64,000 bases of DNA from Hydrurus foetidus (GCA_900617105.1 UYFQ01000001.1:4278001-4342000), one strand, 5' to 3'. Positions 48,698-60,158 are shown, counted from the first letter of the stretch. Translations and numbers: made by a program. Notes: generated by a model not told the origin, from the letters alone.

Positions 48698-49240
48698 ATG
48701 AGCAAACACCCAGAAGCAACGCGCCTGAATGTACAAGCCTTGGCAGAAGCAGGTAGCGAGCTGAATGAATCTATTTTGCTGCATAAATTAGAGCGGCTCG
48801 CGCCCGAATCTATTGATAAAAATACTGAAAACACGGTTGATTGGAGAGCAAAATTCGAGTTGCGCACGGGTGCTGGCGGCCAGCCTGATGTGTGGCTGCA
48901 CCTTCATGCATCCACTTGCATGCCCCTGACTTGCCAGCGCTGCATGACGCCCGTTTCCATGCCGTTGGAAGTTGAGCAGTGGTACCGATTTGTGGCTACT
49001 GAAGCGCTTGCCATGGCTGAAGACGATGCGTCTGAAGAAGATTTGCTGGTCATGGCCCCGCAATTTGATTTGTTGGCGGTGCTGGAAGATGAGTTGCTGA
49101 TGGCACTGCCGCTGGTGCCGATGCATGACGTTTGCCCGGTTTTACCTGCATTTAGTGCGGGCGAGGTTGAATTGATCGAGCCAGCGCTGGCTAAGCCGAA
49201 TCCATTTGCAGCCCTGGCCCAGCTAAAAAAGCCAAAGTAA
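48698..49240 (+). CDS. yceD: YceD/DUF177 protein
   Basis: CQRC, EDELLMALP, PNPFAAL. Confidence 0.9.
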   Translation: MSKHPEATRLNVQALAEAGSELNESILLHKLERLAPESIDKNTENTVDWRAKFELRTGAGGQPDVWLHLHASTCMPLTCQRCMTPVSMPLEVEQWYRFVATEALAMAEDDASEEDLLVMAPQFDLLAVLEDELLMALPLVPMHDVCPVLPAFSAGEVELIEPALAKPNPFAALAQLKKPK

Positions 49241-49443
49241 GGCATGAATCAAGGCGGTAAACGGGTCTGAACCGGCTCTGAAACCGGTCAAAAACGGGTG
49301 TTTCAGCAGATTGGCAGCGCTGGGGTAGGCAAACTTGGGTTGGCAAGCTATAATCAGAGGCTCAGCAAATTGCACAAATTTGCTTTTTTACTAACCCCAT
49401 CGCTGACCTGAAGTTTTGTCAGCGTGATTACCAGGAGCGGATC

Positions 49444-49626
49444 ATGGCCGTCCAGCAGAATAAAAAATCACCGTCCAAGCGCGGTATGCATCGCTCACAC
49501 AACGCCTTGACAGTGCCGGGCATCGCCGTGGAGTCCACCACGGGTGAGACCCATTTGCGTCACCACATCAGCCCAAACGGGTTTTACCGTGGCAAAAAAG
49601 TGCTGAAAACAAAATCTGAAGACTAA
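49444..49626 (+). CDS. rpmF: 50S ribosomal protein L32
   Basis: [19 protein letters not shown]. Confidence 0.97.
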   Translation: MAVQQNKKSPSKRGMHRSHNALTVPGIAVESTTGETHLRHHISPNGFYRGKKVLKTKSED

Positions 49627-49645
49627 ACTTATCGGTTATAAAACT

Positions 49646-49671
49646 GCCCGCACTAACCTGCGGGCTTTTTT
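49646..49671 (+). terminator. Intrinsic terminator after rpmF
   Basis: GCCCGCA-CTAACC-TGCGGGC-TTTTTT. Confidence 0.8.
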
Positions 49672-49770
49672 CTTTGTGAGCTCGCTTTTGGTCACAATAG
49701 TGGTTATGCCCTTGGTCAACTTTATAGTCATCGATCCCCCATCCGTCTTGCGTGACAGGCTGAGCGCGGC

Positions 49771-50874
49771 GTGACGTCTATTGCCGTTGACGCCATGGGC
49801 GGAGACTTCGGGCCTGCGGTCACGCTGCCGGCTTGCTTGAGTTTTTTAAATCACAACACGGATGCGTCGCTCGTGGTGGTGGGCCTGCCTCAAGAGCTGC
49901 TCAAACAGAAGTCGCACGGCGCGCTGCTCGCGCATCCGCGTTGCCAATTTGTAGCGGCCACCGAAGTGGTCAACATGGACGATCCGATTGAAATTGCGCT
50001 CAGGCGAAAAAAAGATTCGTCGATGCGCGTGGCTTTGAACCAGGTCAAAAATGGCGCAGCGCAGGCTGCGGTTTCTGCAGGCAATACCGGCGCGCTAATG
50101 GCGATATCGCGCTACGTTTTAAAAACGCTTGATGGTATTGACCGCCCGGCGATAGCCGGCCAAATTCCCAATGCCAAAGGCCAAGCCACCACCGTGCTTG
50201 ACATGGGTGCCAATGTCGATTGCACAGCCGAACACCTGCTGCAATTTGCGGTCATGGGGTCGGCTCTGGTGGCGGTACTGGGCGGCACTAACCAGCCGAC
50301 GGTTGGCTTGCTTAATATTGGTGAAGAGGCCATCAAGGGCAACGAGATAATTAAAAAAGCGGGCATGCTGCTGCGTGCGGCCGGCGCGGCAGGTGACTTG
50401 AATTTTGTGGGCAACGTCGAAGGCAACGATATCTTCAAAGGCACGGCCGACATCGTGGTTTGTGACGGCTTTGTGGGTAACGTAGCCCTGAAAGCCAGCG
50501 AAGGCTTGGCGTCGATGATTGTCGACATGCTTAAAAAAGAGTTCACTCGCAACCCGCTCACCAAAGTGGCGGCGGTGGTGGCCTACCCGGTCATTTCGGC
50601 ACTCAAAAAACGGGTCGATTCGCGGCGCTACAACGGCGGTGCGCTGCTGGGCTTGCGCGGGCTGGTGTTTAAAAGTCACGGCTCTGCAGATGCGTTTGCT
50701 TTTGAATGTGCACTGAACCGGGCTTATGACGCGGCCCGCAACAATCTGCTGGCTCAAGTGCAGGCGCGCATTGCGCACGCTGCGCCGCTGCTGGCGGGTA
50801 TTCAAGTGGCGTGTATTGAGCCAGAGCAGGCGCATGCAACGCTTGCTCCCGCAGCCGCGCTGTCGCTACACTAA
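49771..50874 (+). CDS. plsX: Phosphate acyltransferase
   Basis: [27 protein letters not shown]. Confidence 0.95.
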   Translation: MTSIAVDAMGGDFGPAVTLPACLSFLNHNTDASLVVVGLPQELLKQKSHGALLAHPRCQFVAATEVVNMDDPIEIALRRKKDSSMRVALNQVKNGAAQAAVSAGNTGALMAISRYVLKTLDGIDRPAIAGQIPNAKGQATTVLDMGANVDCTAEHLLQFAVMGSALVAVLGGTNQPTVGLLNIGEEAIKGNEIIKKAGMLLRAAGAAGDLNFVGNVEGNDIFKGTADIVVCDGFVGNVALKASEGLASMIVDMLKKEFTRNPLTKVAAVVAYPVISALKKRVDSRRYNGGALLGLRGLVFKSHGSADAFAFECALNRAYDAARNNLLAQVQARIAHAAPLLAGIQVACIEPEQAHATLAPAAALSLH

Positions 50875-50877
50875 TTC

Positions 50878-51855
50878 ATGGCTTTATATTCAAGTATTAC
50901 CGGTACGGGCAGTTATTTGCCCCCACGCAGGCTTAGCAATGACGATTTGGCGGCCGAATTGGCTACCCAGGGTGTTGAAACTACCAGCCAATGGATAGTT
51001 GAGCGCACCGGCATTTTGGCCAGGCACTTTGCAGCCCCTGATGTCACTTGCAGCGACCTGGCGCTTGAGGCCTCAAAAAACGCGCTGGCTGCAGCAGGAG
51101 TGCAGGCATCTGAAATCGACTTAATCATCGTCGCCACGTCTACGCCCGACATGGTGTTTCCGTCCAGTGCGTGCATTTTGCAAAACAAACTCGGCATTGC
51201 CGGCTGCCCGGCCTTTGATATGCAAGCGGTGTGCAGCGGTTTTGTGTACGCGCTGACAGTTGCCGACGCCATGATTAAAACCGGCACGGCCACCAAGGCG
51301 CTGGTGGTGGGCGCTGAAGTGTTTTCACGCATTCTTGATTTTTCTGACCGCACCACTTGCGTACTGTTTGGCGACGGCGCGGGGGCCGTAGTGCTTGAAG
51401 CGTCGAGCACGGCTGGTATCTTGGCCAGCGACTTGCACGCCGATGGCAAGCATATTGGTATTTTGTGCGTGCCAGGCAATGTATCTGGCGGCAAAGTGGT
51501 GGGCGACGCCTTGCTGAAAATGGATGGCCAGGCGGTTTTTAAATTAGCCGTGGGCGTGCTGGAAAGCGCGGCTCGTGCCACGCTGGCAAAAGCCAACCTG
51601 ACGGACGCTGATATCGACTGGCTGATTCCCCACCAAGCCAACATTCGCATCATGCAAAGCACCGCCAAAAAGCTCAAATTGCCGCCGGAAAAACTCATCG
51701 TCACGGTTGACCAGCATGGCAATACGTCGGCAGCGTCAATTCCGTTGGCTCTAGATGTGTCTGTGCGCAGCGGCAAAATCAAAAAAGGTGACACACTCAT
51801 GCTCGAAGGCGTAGGTGGCGGGTTTACCTGGGGCGCCGTGCTCCTCAATTACTGA
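50878..51855 (+). CDS. fabH: Beta-ketoacyl-ACP synthase III
   Basis: AVCSGF, PHQAN, GNTSAAS. Confidence 0.96.
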   Translation: MALYSSITGTGSYLPPRRLSNDDLAAELATQGVETTSQWIVERTGILARHFAAPDVTCSDLALEASKNALAAAGVQASEIDLIIVATSTPDMVFPSSACILQNKLGIAGCPAFDMQAVCSGFVYALTVADAMIKTGTATKALVVGAEVFSRILDFSDRTTCVLFGDGAGAVVLEASSTAGILASDLHADGKHIGILCVPGNVSGGKVVGDALLKMDGQAVFKLAVGVLESAARATLAKANLTDADIDWLIPHQANIRIMQSTAKKLKLPPEKLIVTVDQHGNTSAASIPLALDVSVRSGKIKKGDTLMLEGVGGGFTWGAVLLNY

Positions 51856-51929
51856 CGGTTACCTGGCCTTCATGCACGTATGAACGCAACCACGTGCAGA
51901 AGCCCACATTACGATTTTTGGAGTCACTG

Positions 51930-52898
51930 TTGAAACCCTTTGCATTCGTATTTCCCGGCCAAGGCGCGCAATCTGTCGGTATGCTCGACGCTTGGGGTGA
52001 CCATCCTGTGGTGAAGCAAACGCTAAAAGAAGCGTCCAATGCACTCGGTCAAGACATAGGGTTGCTGATTAAAGAAGGCCCAAAAGAAGAGCTGGCCCTG
52101 ACCACCAACACCCAGCCCGTAATGCTGGTGGCGGGAGTCGCTGCTTTCAGAGTGTGGATGAACGAGACCGGCGCTGCGCCAGCCGTGGTCGCCGGACACT
52201 CCCTAGGTGAATACGCGGCGTTGGTCGCCAGCGGAGCACTGACCTTGACGCAAGCTGCGCCACTGGTGCGGCTGCGTGCCCAAGCCATGCAAGATGCCGT
52301 GCCGGTGGGTGCGGGTGCCATGGCTGCCATTTTGGGCTTGGATGCTACTAAAATTATAGCTGTTTGCGCCCGTATTACGGCGGCTTCAGGCCAAAATGAT
52401 GCTGATTTAGGGGTAAATTCAGGCGTAGTGGAGGCAGTCAATTTCAACGACCCGATGCAAACCGTTATTGCAGGTAGCAAGGCGGCGGTTGATGCGGCTT
52501 GTGAAGAGCTCAAAGCCGCCGGAGCCAAGCGGGCACTGTTGCTTCAGGTGTCTGCGCCGTTTCATTGCAGCCTGATGAAACCAGCAGGCGAAAAACTCAA
52601 GGTTGCACTTAAAGCCGTCAGCTTCGCACCGATGCAATTCCCGCTTATTAACAACATTGACGTCGCTGTGCAGACTCAGCCTGACGCAGTTCGTGATGCG
52701 CTGTACCGCCAGTCTTTTGGGCCCGTTCGCTGGGTAGAAGTAATCAACGCCATCAAGGCCCGTGGTGTGAGCCACATTGTTGAATGCGGTCCCGGCAAGG
52801 TGCTGGCGGGGTTGGTCAAACGCATTGATGCAGAGCTGACCGGCACGCCGCTTTTCGATCTCGCTTCAATGGCCCAGGCAAAAGAGGTGCTGGCATGA
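51930..52898 (+). CDS. fabD: Malonyl-CoA:ACP transacylase
   Basis: FPGQG, GHSLGE, SAPFH; TTG start after GGAG. Confidence 0.95.
   Translation: MKPFAFVFPGQGAQSVGMLDAWGDHPVVKQTLKEASNALGQDIGLLIKEGPKEELALTTNTQPVMLVAGVAAFRVWMNETGAAPAVVAGHSLGEYAALVASGALTLTQAAPLVRLRAQAMQDAVPVGAGAMAAILGLDATKIIAVCARITAASGQNDADLGVNSGVVEAVNFNDPMQTVIAGSKAAVDAACEELKAAGAKRALLLQVSAPFHCSLMKPAGEKLKVALKAVSFAPMQFPLINNIDVAVQTQPDAVRDALYRQSFGPVRWVEVINAIKARGVSHIVECGPGKVLAGLVKRIDAELTGTPLFDLASMAQAKEVLA
52344..52386 (-). repeat. 43-bp bipartite motif within fabD (antisense)
   Basis: AAGCCG CCGTAATAC GGGCGC AAAC AGCT ATAATTTTAG TAGC. Confidence 0.85.
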
Positions 52899-53641
52899 CT
52901 GAGAATAAATTTGAAGGTCAGGTCGCGCTGGTGACGGGCGCATCGCGCGGCATTGGCGCGGCCATCGCACTTGAGCTTGCGCGCAGGGGTGTGAAAGTCA
53001 TCGGCACCGCCACCTCCGAAGATGGCGCGTCCAAAATCACACAAGCGCTCTCAGGATTTCCTGGATGCGAGGGCGCCAATCTGAATGTCAATGACGCTCA
53101 AGCGGCCGAGGCGCTGATCGACGCCCTGGTCAAAGCCAGCGGCGGGCTGCATATTTTGGTGAACAATGCCGGCATCACCAGAGACATGTTGGCCATGCGC
53201 CTGAAAGACGACGACTGGGACGCCGTGCTGGACACCAATTTAAAAGCGGTTTTTCGCATGAGCCGGGCAGTCATGCGCACCATGATGAAGCAGCGCTATG
53301 GCCGCATTGTCAACATCACGTCAGTGGTGGGCGCATCGGGCAACGCCGGGCAGGCCAATTACGCCGCCGCCAAAGCTGGTGTTGCGGGCATGACGCGGGC
53401 GCTGGCGCGCGAGCTGGGTTCCCGCAACATTACTGTGAACTGCATTGCGCCCGGTTTTATTGAAACCGACATGACTGCGGGGCTGGCTGAAGAGCAGCAA
53501 AAATCGCTGCTGGCGCAAATTCCGCTGGGGCACTTGGGCAAACCGCAAGACATCGCGCATGCGGTGGCTTTCGTTGCCAGCCCGCAAGCTGGCTACATTA
53601 CCGGGCAAGAAATTCATGTCAATGGCGGCATGTATATGTAG
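52895..53641 (+). CDS. fabG: 3-oxoacyl-ACP reductase
   Basis: TGASRGIG, NNAGIT, YAAAK. Confidence 0.96.
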   Translation: MTENKFEGQVALVTGASRGIGAAIALELARRGVKVIGTATSEDGASKITQALSGFPGCEGANLNVNDAQAAEALIDALVKASGGLHILVNNAGITRDMLAMRLKDDDWDAVLDTNLKAVFRMSRAVMRTMMKQRYGRIVNITSVVGASGNAGQANYAAAKAGVAGMTRALARELGSRNITVNCIAPGFIETDMTAGLAEEQQKSLLAQIPLGHLGKPQDIAHAVAFVASPQAGYITGQEIHVNGGMYM

Positions 53642-53709
53642 CCTGGTAGTGGTAAAACACTGCAAATCAAAGCCGGTTTGTATCCGTCCGGCGGCGCACT
53701 TAGAGTTGA

Positions 53710-54000
<291 letters not shown>

Positions 54001-54027
54001 GCGCTGCGTCTTTTCAGTTTTCCCTTT

Positions 54028-54052
54028 TAAAAAAGCCCCTCGGGGCTTTTTT
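54028..54052 (+). terminator. Intrinsic terminator after acpP
   Basis: AAAAAAGCCCC-TC-GGGGCTTTTTT. Confidence 0.8.
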
Positions 54053-54076
54053 GCAGTTTCACTTCAGGAATAGCGC

Positions 54077-55327
54077 ATGAGCCGTCGCCGGGTTGTTGTC
54101 ACGGGTTTGGGCTGCATCAGCCCGGTCGGAAATACAGTTGCCGACAGTTGGGCCAGTTTGCTGGCTGGGCAGTCTGGCATTGGCCTGATCACCAAGTTTG
54201 ATGCGTCGGCGTCGTCCTGCAAAATTGCAGGTGAAGTCAAGGGGTTTTCTATCGGCGACTACATCGCCGAAAAAGAAGGCCGGCACATGGACACTTTCAT
54301 TCATTACGGCCTGGCCGCAGCCTGCCAGGCCGTGGCCGACAGCGGCTTGAAAACCGGCGACGCGCTGACCGAAGACGAGGCCGTGAAAATTGGCTGCGTC
54401 ATTGGTTCAGGCATTGGCGGCTTGCCGTTGATTGAAACCACCCATGAAGAACTGCAAAAACGCGGCCCACGCCGCATCACGCCGTTCTTCGTGCCGGGCT
54501 CCATCATCAACATGATTGCTGGCCACGTCTCAATGAAGTTTGGCTTCAAAGGGCCCAACATTGCGATCGTTACAGCATGCACCACGGGTTTGCACTGCAT
54601 CGGAGATGCAGGCCGAATGATTGAGTACGGTGACGCTGACGTGATGATTGCCGGCGGATCTGAAGCGACAGTTTCACCACTCGGAATAGGCGGGTTCGCC
54701 GCCATGCGTGCGCTTTCCACTCGTAACGACGACCCAGCAACAGCCAGCCGCCCATGGGACAAAGACCGCGACGGTTTTGTACTGGGCGAGGGCGCAGGCA
54801 TGATGGTGCTTGAAGAATACGAACACGCCAAAGCGCGCGGCGCCAAAATTTACGCTGAACTGGCCGGTTTTGGCATGAGCGCAGACGCGGGCCACATCAC
54901 GGCTCCCAACATGGATGGCCCCAAGCGCGCCATGCAAGGCGCGCTGCGCAATGCAGGCATCAATGCCGACGCAGTTGATTATTTGAATGCGCATGGCACG
55001 TCTACCCCGCTCGGCGACATCAACGAAACCAACGCCATCAAGGCTGCGTTTGGCGACCATGCAAAGCGCATGGTGGTCAGCTCAACCAAGTCAATGACCG
55101 GCCACCTGCTGGGAGGCGCTGGGGGAATTGAGTCTGTTTTTACGGTGCTGGCGCTGCACCACCAGAAAATTCCACCCACCATCAACATATTCAATCAAGA
55201 TCCAGAATGCGACCTGGACTTTTGCGCCAACACTGCGCGAGACGCCAAAATCGACGTTGCCGTCAAAAACAACTTTGGTTTCGGTGGCACCAATGGCACA
55301 TTGGTTTTCAAGCGGCTTAGCGCTTGA
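54077..55327 (+). CDS. fabF: Beta-ketoacyl-ACP synthase II
   Basis: TACTTG, HGTSTP, GHLLG, FGFGGTN. Confidence 0.96.
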   Translation: MSRRRVVVTGLGCISPVGNTVADSWASLLAGQSGIGLITKFDASASSCKIAGEVKGFSIGDYIAEKEGRHMDTFIHYGLAAACQAVADSGLKTGDALTEDEAVKIGCVIGSGIGGLPLIETTHEELQKRGPRRITPFFVPGSIINMIAGHVSMKFGFKGPNIAIVTACTTGLHCIGDAGRMIEYGDADVMIAGGSEATVSPLGIGGFAAMRALSTRNDDPATASRPWDKDRDGFVLGEGAGMMVLEEYEHAKARGAKIYAELAGFGMSADAGHITAPNMDGPKRAMQGALRNAGINADAVDYLNAHGTSTPLGDINETNAIKAAFGDHAKRMVVSSTKSMTGHLLGGAGGIESVFTVLALHHQKIPPTINIFNQDPECDLDFCANTARDAKIDVAVKNNFGFGGTNGTLVFKRLSA

Positions 55328-55379
55328 GCGCAGCTTAAGCATCGCTGCTGCCGACTCTATTTAGCGAGTAAAACCGACC

Positions 55380-55862
55380 TTGACCACCCACAGCGCACCG
55401 CAGCTTGCCTATCCGCTAGCGCGTTCCGCGCTGCTGGGCGTGTTACTGCTCTTGGTCTGGGTTGCCGGTGCAGTTTCAGTCAGCTATTGGTTTTATGGCC
55501 TTTCGGGTGTTAGTTGGCGCGCTTATCTGGCGGTTGCAATTGTGGTGCTCGCAGGTCTGTCTGCAGCGCATGGCTGGTTGCGCTCACCGGCGGGGCAACT
55601 GAGTTGGGACGGGCAGCTTTGGCGCTGGCAAAGCGTGAATTACACCAGCGGCGGCGCTGCGCTTGCATTGACCGTGGCGCTCGATTTGCGCAGCGTTTTG
55701 TGGTTGCGCCTTGAAAATTCAGACGGTGCTGCCTTGTGGCTGTGGGCCGAAAGGTCAGCCTCGCCGTATCGTTGGCTTGATTTTCGGCGCGCAGTCTATT
55801 CAAATGCTGGCTCCGGTGCGGGCATCGAAGCATTGCGGCCTCCCGTCGGCGAAGCCTTGTGA
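55380..55862 (+). CDS. Membrane protein (two TMs; YgfX/CptA-like)
   Basis: Two hydrophobic helices; WLDFRRAV; overlaps the rpoE start. Confidence 0.6.
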   Translation: MTTHSAPQLAYPLARSALLGVLLLLVWVAGAVSVSYWFYGLSGVSWRAYLAVAIVVLAGLSAAHGWLRSPAGQLSWDGQLWRWQSVNYTSGGAALALTVALDLRSVLWLRLENSDGAALWLWAERSASPYRWLDFRRAVYSNAGSGAGIEALRPPVGEAL

Positions 55863-56494
55863 TGACCGAGCCTGCCTTACCCCCCAGAGAACGCGCGCCA
55901 GACCCCGACACGCTGCTGGTCGCGCAGGCGGTAGCGGGTGACCAAAAAGCGTTTGAACTGCTGGTCATCAAGTATCAGCGGCGTGTGCAGCGCCTGATTG
56001 GACGCATGGTGCGAGATGTTGATCTGGTTGAAGACATCGCCCAAGAGACCTTTATTCGTGCTTACCGCGCCTTGGCGCAATTTCGGGGGGAAGCGCAGTT
56101 TTACACCTGGTTGTACCGGATTGCAGTGAACACCGCCAAAAAAGCCTTGATGGATTTAAAGCGTAATCCGACGGTATCTGAAAATTTCTTCAAAACAGGC
56201 GACGATGATGAAACTTCGCCCCTTGAAAACGAACTAACCAGCCCAGACACCCCAGACGCGGTACTGGCCAGTAAAGAAATTGTGCAGATCATTAACGCAG
56301 CGCTTGAGGCTTTGCCCGAGGAGCTTCGTCAGGCGGTCACGCTGCGCGAAATAGAGGGGTTGAGCTATGAAGAAATTGCTCAAGCCATGAACTGCCCGAT
56401 TGGCACGGTGCGCTCTCGGATTTTCAGGGCGCGCGAGGCAATTTCGCAAAAAGTCAAACCCATGCTGGAAAGCCAGTCTGGTAAGCGTTGGTAG
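55859..56494 (+). CDS. rpoE: ECF sigma factor sigma-E
   Basis: GDQKAFELLVIKYQ, FYTWLYRIAVN, GTVRSRIFRARE. Confidence 0.96.
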   Translation: MMTEPALPPRERAPDPDTLLVAQAVAGDQKAFELLVIKYQRRVQRLIGRMVRDVDLVEDIAQETFIRAYRALAQFRGEAQFYTWLYRIAVNTAKKALMDLKRNPTVSENFFKTGDDDETSPLENELTSPDTPDAVLASKEIVQIINAALEALPEELRQAVTLREIEGLSYEEIAQAMNCPIGTVRSRIFRAREAISQKVKPMLESQSGKRW

Positions 56495-56521
56495 CACTTC
56501 GGTGCAAAGTTAAAGAGATCA

Positions 56522-57205
56522 ATGATGCAAACACAACCGTTCAGTACCCCAGTTGAAGAAAAACTGTCCGCCTTGGCCGACGGTGAGCTCGGCGATGCGG
56601 AATGTGAAGCGCTATTCAGTGCGCTACGTAGCAACCCCGCAGCGGCCGGGCATTTGAACGCCTATCAACTGATCGGAGATGCCCTGCGTTTGGGGCAAAC
56701 CAGCACCGCTATTGATCAAGGTGGTGCTGACTTTGCGTTTGTAGAGCGCCTGAGCCAGCGCTTGGCAAACGAAACAATCGCAAAGCGCGACCTTGATTTC
56801 GCACCGACCCCAACAGCTGGCTTGGTTTCATCCGGTACGTCGCCTGGCGCGGCGGCTGGGGCAGTTGGCACGGTCAACCCGCTGCTCGTCAAAGCTGCAG
56901 CCAACGACGGAACGTTTCGCTGGAAGATGCTGGCAGGTTTTGCCTGCATGGGCACCGTAGCGACGTTGGCTTGGAGTCTGGTCAGCCCCAACTCAGCTGA
57001 CAGTGCGGCGCAGCTGGCGCGGGCCACTGCTACCGCGGCGCAGCAGCAAGTGGTGGTCGCATCGCCGCAAGGCCTGGTACTCAGAGACGCGAGGCTGGAA
57101 GAGCTGCTGGCGGCGCACAAGCAAATGAGCGGTTCGTCGCTGCCCGTGCCGTCTGGTTTTGTACGCAACGCCAATTTCGAAAACCAGCCGAAAAACGCGC
57201 GTTGA
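56522..57205 (+). CDS. rseA: Anti-sigma-E factor RseA/MucA
   Basis: EKLSALADGEL, YQLIGDALR, single TM, ELLAAH. Confidence 0.9.
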   Translation: MMQTQPFSTPVEEKLSALADGELGDAECEALFSALRSNPAAAGHLNAYQLIGDALRLGQTSTAIDQGGADFAFVERLSQRLANETIAKRDLDFAPTPTAGLVSSGTSPGAAAGAVGTVNPLLVKAAANDGTFRWKMLAGFACMGTVATLAWSLVSPNSADSAAQLARATATAAQQQVVVASPQGLVLRDARLEELLAAHKQMSGSSLPVPSGFVRNANFENQPKNAR

Positions 57206-57209
57206 GCCT

Positions 57210-58259
57210 ATGATTTCGATACGTTTTAGTCTTCTAGCCCTTATTTTAGCGGCGCAAGCAGCTATTAATACAGTAGCAGCACAAACGCCCTTAACTCCCT
57301 CAACGCCGCCAACCGTTGCAGCCCCAGCCCAAGCTGACGTTAAAGGCATCAACGATTGGTTGCTGCGCATGCACGAATCGTCTAAAAAACGAGCCTACAT
57401 TGGCACTTACGTCGTGTCGTCGGGCGGCGCGATGTCGGCTGCCAAAGTTTGGCATTTGTGTGAGGGTGATCAGCAAATTGAGCGCGTCGAAACCCTCACT
57501 GGCGCACCGCGTTCCATCTTCAGGCACAACGACAAAGTCGTGACCTTCATGCCTGAGCAAAAAATAGTTCGCACTGAAAAGCGCGAGTTGTCTGGCACGT
57601 TTCCTGAACTGGTTCAATCGCCGAACAACAAGATCGCCGATTTTTACCTTTTCAAAACTGAAGGCGTCGAGCGGGTTGCCGGGCTAGATGCAGACGTTGT
57701 GGTGCTGCAGCCCAAAGACAACTTGCGCTTTGGCTACCGGGTGTTGACAGAGCAAAAAAAGGGCCTGGTTGTCAAACTGCAAACGCTTGACATAGATGGC
57801 AAGCTGCTTGAGCAAGCCGCGTTTTCAGAGCTGCAGCTTGATGCGCCCGTCAAAATGGACAAGCTGATGCAAATGATGGGCAGGGTCGGCGGTTACCGTG
57901 AAGAGCGCCCCGTGCTGGTCAAAACCACGGCAAAAGCCGAAGGCTGGATATTAAAAAGCGCGGTCGCCGGATTTGCGCCCATCAGTTGCTATAAAAGACC
58001 CAACGCTGGCGCAGGTAGCAACGGCATCTCCACCAGTACGGATGAACCCATGCAGTGGATTTTTTCAGATGGTTTGGCCTCGGTGTCGCTTTTCGTAGAG
58101 CCGTTTGACCGCCAGCGACACGATAAAGAAACCAGCGCAGTCATGGGTGCCACGCAAAGCATCAGCAAACAGCTGGGTAGCTACTGGCTCACGGTGATGG
58201 GTGAAGTGCCGATGCAGACCCTGCGCTTGTTTGCCAGCGGGCTTGAGAGAAAAAAATGA
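57210..58259 (+). CDS. rseB: Periplasmic regulator RseB/MucB
   Basis: PKDNLRFGY, FSDGLASVSLFVE, MGEVP; start ATG 57210. Confidence 0.9.
   Translation: MISIRFSLLALILAAQAAINTVAAQTPLTPSTPPTVAAPAQADVKGINDWLLRMHESSKKRAYIGTYVVSSGGAMSAAKVWHLCEGDQQIERVETLTGAPRSIFRHNDKVVTFMPEQKIVRTEKRELSGTFPELVQSPNNKIADFYLFKTEGVERVAGLDADVVVLQPKDNLRFGYRVLTEQKKGLVVKLQTLDIDGKLLEQAAFSELQLDAPVKMDKLMQMMGRVGGYREERPVLVKTTAKAEGWILKSAVAGFAPISCYKRPNAGAGSNGISTSTDEPMQWIFSDGLASVSLFVEPFDRQRHDKETSAVMGATQSISKQLGSYWLTVMGEVPMQTLRLFASGLERKK
57235..57277 (+). repeat. 43-bp bipartite motif within the rseB signal-peptide codons
   Basis: TAGCCC TTATTTTAG CGGCGC AAGC AGCT ATTAATACAG TAGC. Confidence 0.88.
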
Positions 58260-58328
58260 ACGTTTCCAGTTGCCGCCTAATCAACCAGCCGGCAAGTCAA
58301 TTCAAATTGTGTTTTTTATTCAAGGCTA

Positions 58329-59831
58329 ATGATGTTTTTTAAAATCAAGTCGTTATTAGGCGCATCCAAGCGTTGCGTTCAGCTGTTTAGCAGCCGTTTT
58401 TCCGTTATCGCCGCCGCTGCTGTGGTGTCAGCGGCAACGCTGGGTCCGATGCATATTGCCCTGGCGCAAAACCGAACGCTGCCCGACTTTACCGATTTGG
58501 TAGAGCAGGTCGGCCCGTCGGTCGTTAACATTCGCACCTCAGAAAAAGCCAAAGCATCAGCTGCGGGTGGCGGCATTGATGAGCAAATGCTGGAATTTTT
58601 TAAGCGCTTTGGCATACCCGTGCCGCCTAACGTGCCGCGCTCACCCCGCCCTGATCGCGGCGGCGTGCAGCCCGAAGAGAGCCAGCCGCGCGGTGTGGGC
58701 TCGGGGTTTGTGCTGACGGCCGATGGCTTCATCATGACCAACGCCCACGTAGTTGAGGGTGCTGATGAGGTCATCGTGACGCTGACCGACAACCGTGAAT
58801 ACAAAGCTAAAATTATTGGCGCAGACAAGCGCACCGACGTGGCGGTGGTAAAAATTGAGGCAACCGGTTTGCAGGCTGTGAAAATCGGTGACACCAACCG
58901 CCTGAAAGTTGGCGAATGGGTAATGGCCATCGGCTCGCCGTTTGGCCTTGAAAACACTGTCACTGCGGGCATCGTGAGCGCCAAGCAGAGGGACACCGGG
59001 GACTATTTGCCGTTTATCCAGACCGATGTGGCCATTAACCCTGGCAACTCTGGCGGCCCATTGATCAACATGCGCGGTGAAGTGGTCGGCATCAACAGCC
59101 AAATTTATTCGCGCTCTGGCGGGTTTCAAGGCATCTCTTTTGCCATTCCGATTGACGAAGCGGCTCGCGTGTCAGACCAACTTCGCGCTACCGGCAAGGT
59201 CACACGCGGCCGTATTGGCGTGCAAATCGACTCGGTCAGCAAAGAAGTTGCTGAAGCTATCGGCCTGGGAAAACCGCAAGGTGCATTGGTCAGAGGTGTT
59301 GAAGCAGGCGCGCCAGCCGAAAAAGCGGGCGTAGAGCCAGGCGACATCATCACCAAGTTTGACGGCAAGACCATTGAAAAATCTAGCGACCTACCGCGCC
59401 TTGTCGGAAACGTGAAGCCCGGCACCAAAGCCGTGGTAACCGTTTTTCGGCGCGGTGCCAGTAAAGATCTGTCAGTCGTGATTGCCGAAGTAGAGGCAGA
59501 AAAGCCCGTTCGCAAAACTGCCGCACCAGAAGTTAAACCGCCGATTGCTGGGCCCGCGCAAGCCATGGGCTTGATGGTGAGTGAGCTGCCTGAAGCGCTG
59601 AAAAAAGAACTCAAACTCAAAGGCGGCGTGAAGGTGGATGCCGCTGAAGGCAGCGCCGCACGAGCGGGCCTGCGCGAGGGTGATGTGGTGGTGGCGGTGG
59701 GCAACATTGAAGTCTTGAGTTTGAAAGACTTCGAGGCTGCGCTGGCAAAATCCGACAAAAGCAAAGTCATCAATATGCAGTTTCGCCGTGGAGAGCTGGC
59801 GCAGTTTGCGCTGATCAGACCGGCTCGCTAA
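58329..59831 (+). CDS. mucD: DegP/MucD serine endoprotease (2 PDZ)
   Basis: TNAHVV, TDVAVVK, GNSGGPL. Confidence 0.93.
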   Translation: MMFFKIKSLLGASKRCVQLFSSRFSVIAAAAVVSAATLGPMHIALAQNRTLPDFTDLVEQVGPSVVNIRTSEKAKASAAGGGIDEQMLEFFKRFGIPVPPNVPRSPRPDRGGVQPEESQPRGVGSGFVLTADGFIMTNAHVVEGADEVIVTLTDNREYKAKIIGADKRTDVAVVKIEATGLQAVKIGDTNRLKVGEWVMAIGSPFGLENTVTAGIVSAKQRDTGDYLPFIQTDVAINPGNSGGPLINMRGEVVGINSQIYSRSGGFQGISFAIPIDEAARVSDQLRATGKVTRGRIGVQIDSVSKEVAEAIGLGKPQGALVRGVEAGAPAEKAGVEPGDIITKFDGKTIEKSSDLPRLVGNVKPGTKAVVTVFRRGASKDLSVVIAEVEAEKPVRKTAAPEVKPPIAGPAQAMGLMVSELPEALKKELKLKGGVKVDAAEGSAARAGLREGDVVVAVGNIEVLSLKDFEAALAKSDKSKVINMQFRRGELAQFALIRPAR

Positions 59832-60158
59832 GGTGCAGGGCTCGCGCCCTGCGCAGTGGGAGCGGGTCATTTTTGCCCGCCTCTGTATTGTGTTGAGCGT
59901 GGCTTGAATGCCAGAGGCGCACAAACTTTACGGGGCGCTTGGGCACTCATGACCCATTCAAACGTGGGGACTTTGAGGACAAAAGCGAGTGTCTTTGGGT
60001 AACCGAAAATATTTTTTATTTATTTTCTGGCCTGATCTTGTTAGTGCGGACTAACAGAACTTCCTCTAGTTCCAAGTTTTGGTTAGAATGATGGTCCATT
60101 TGCAACCCTTTTGGGTATATCGTTTTGTTTAAAGCTGGGTTATGCCGTCGTATTTCGT

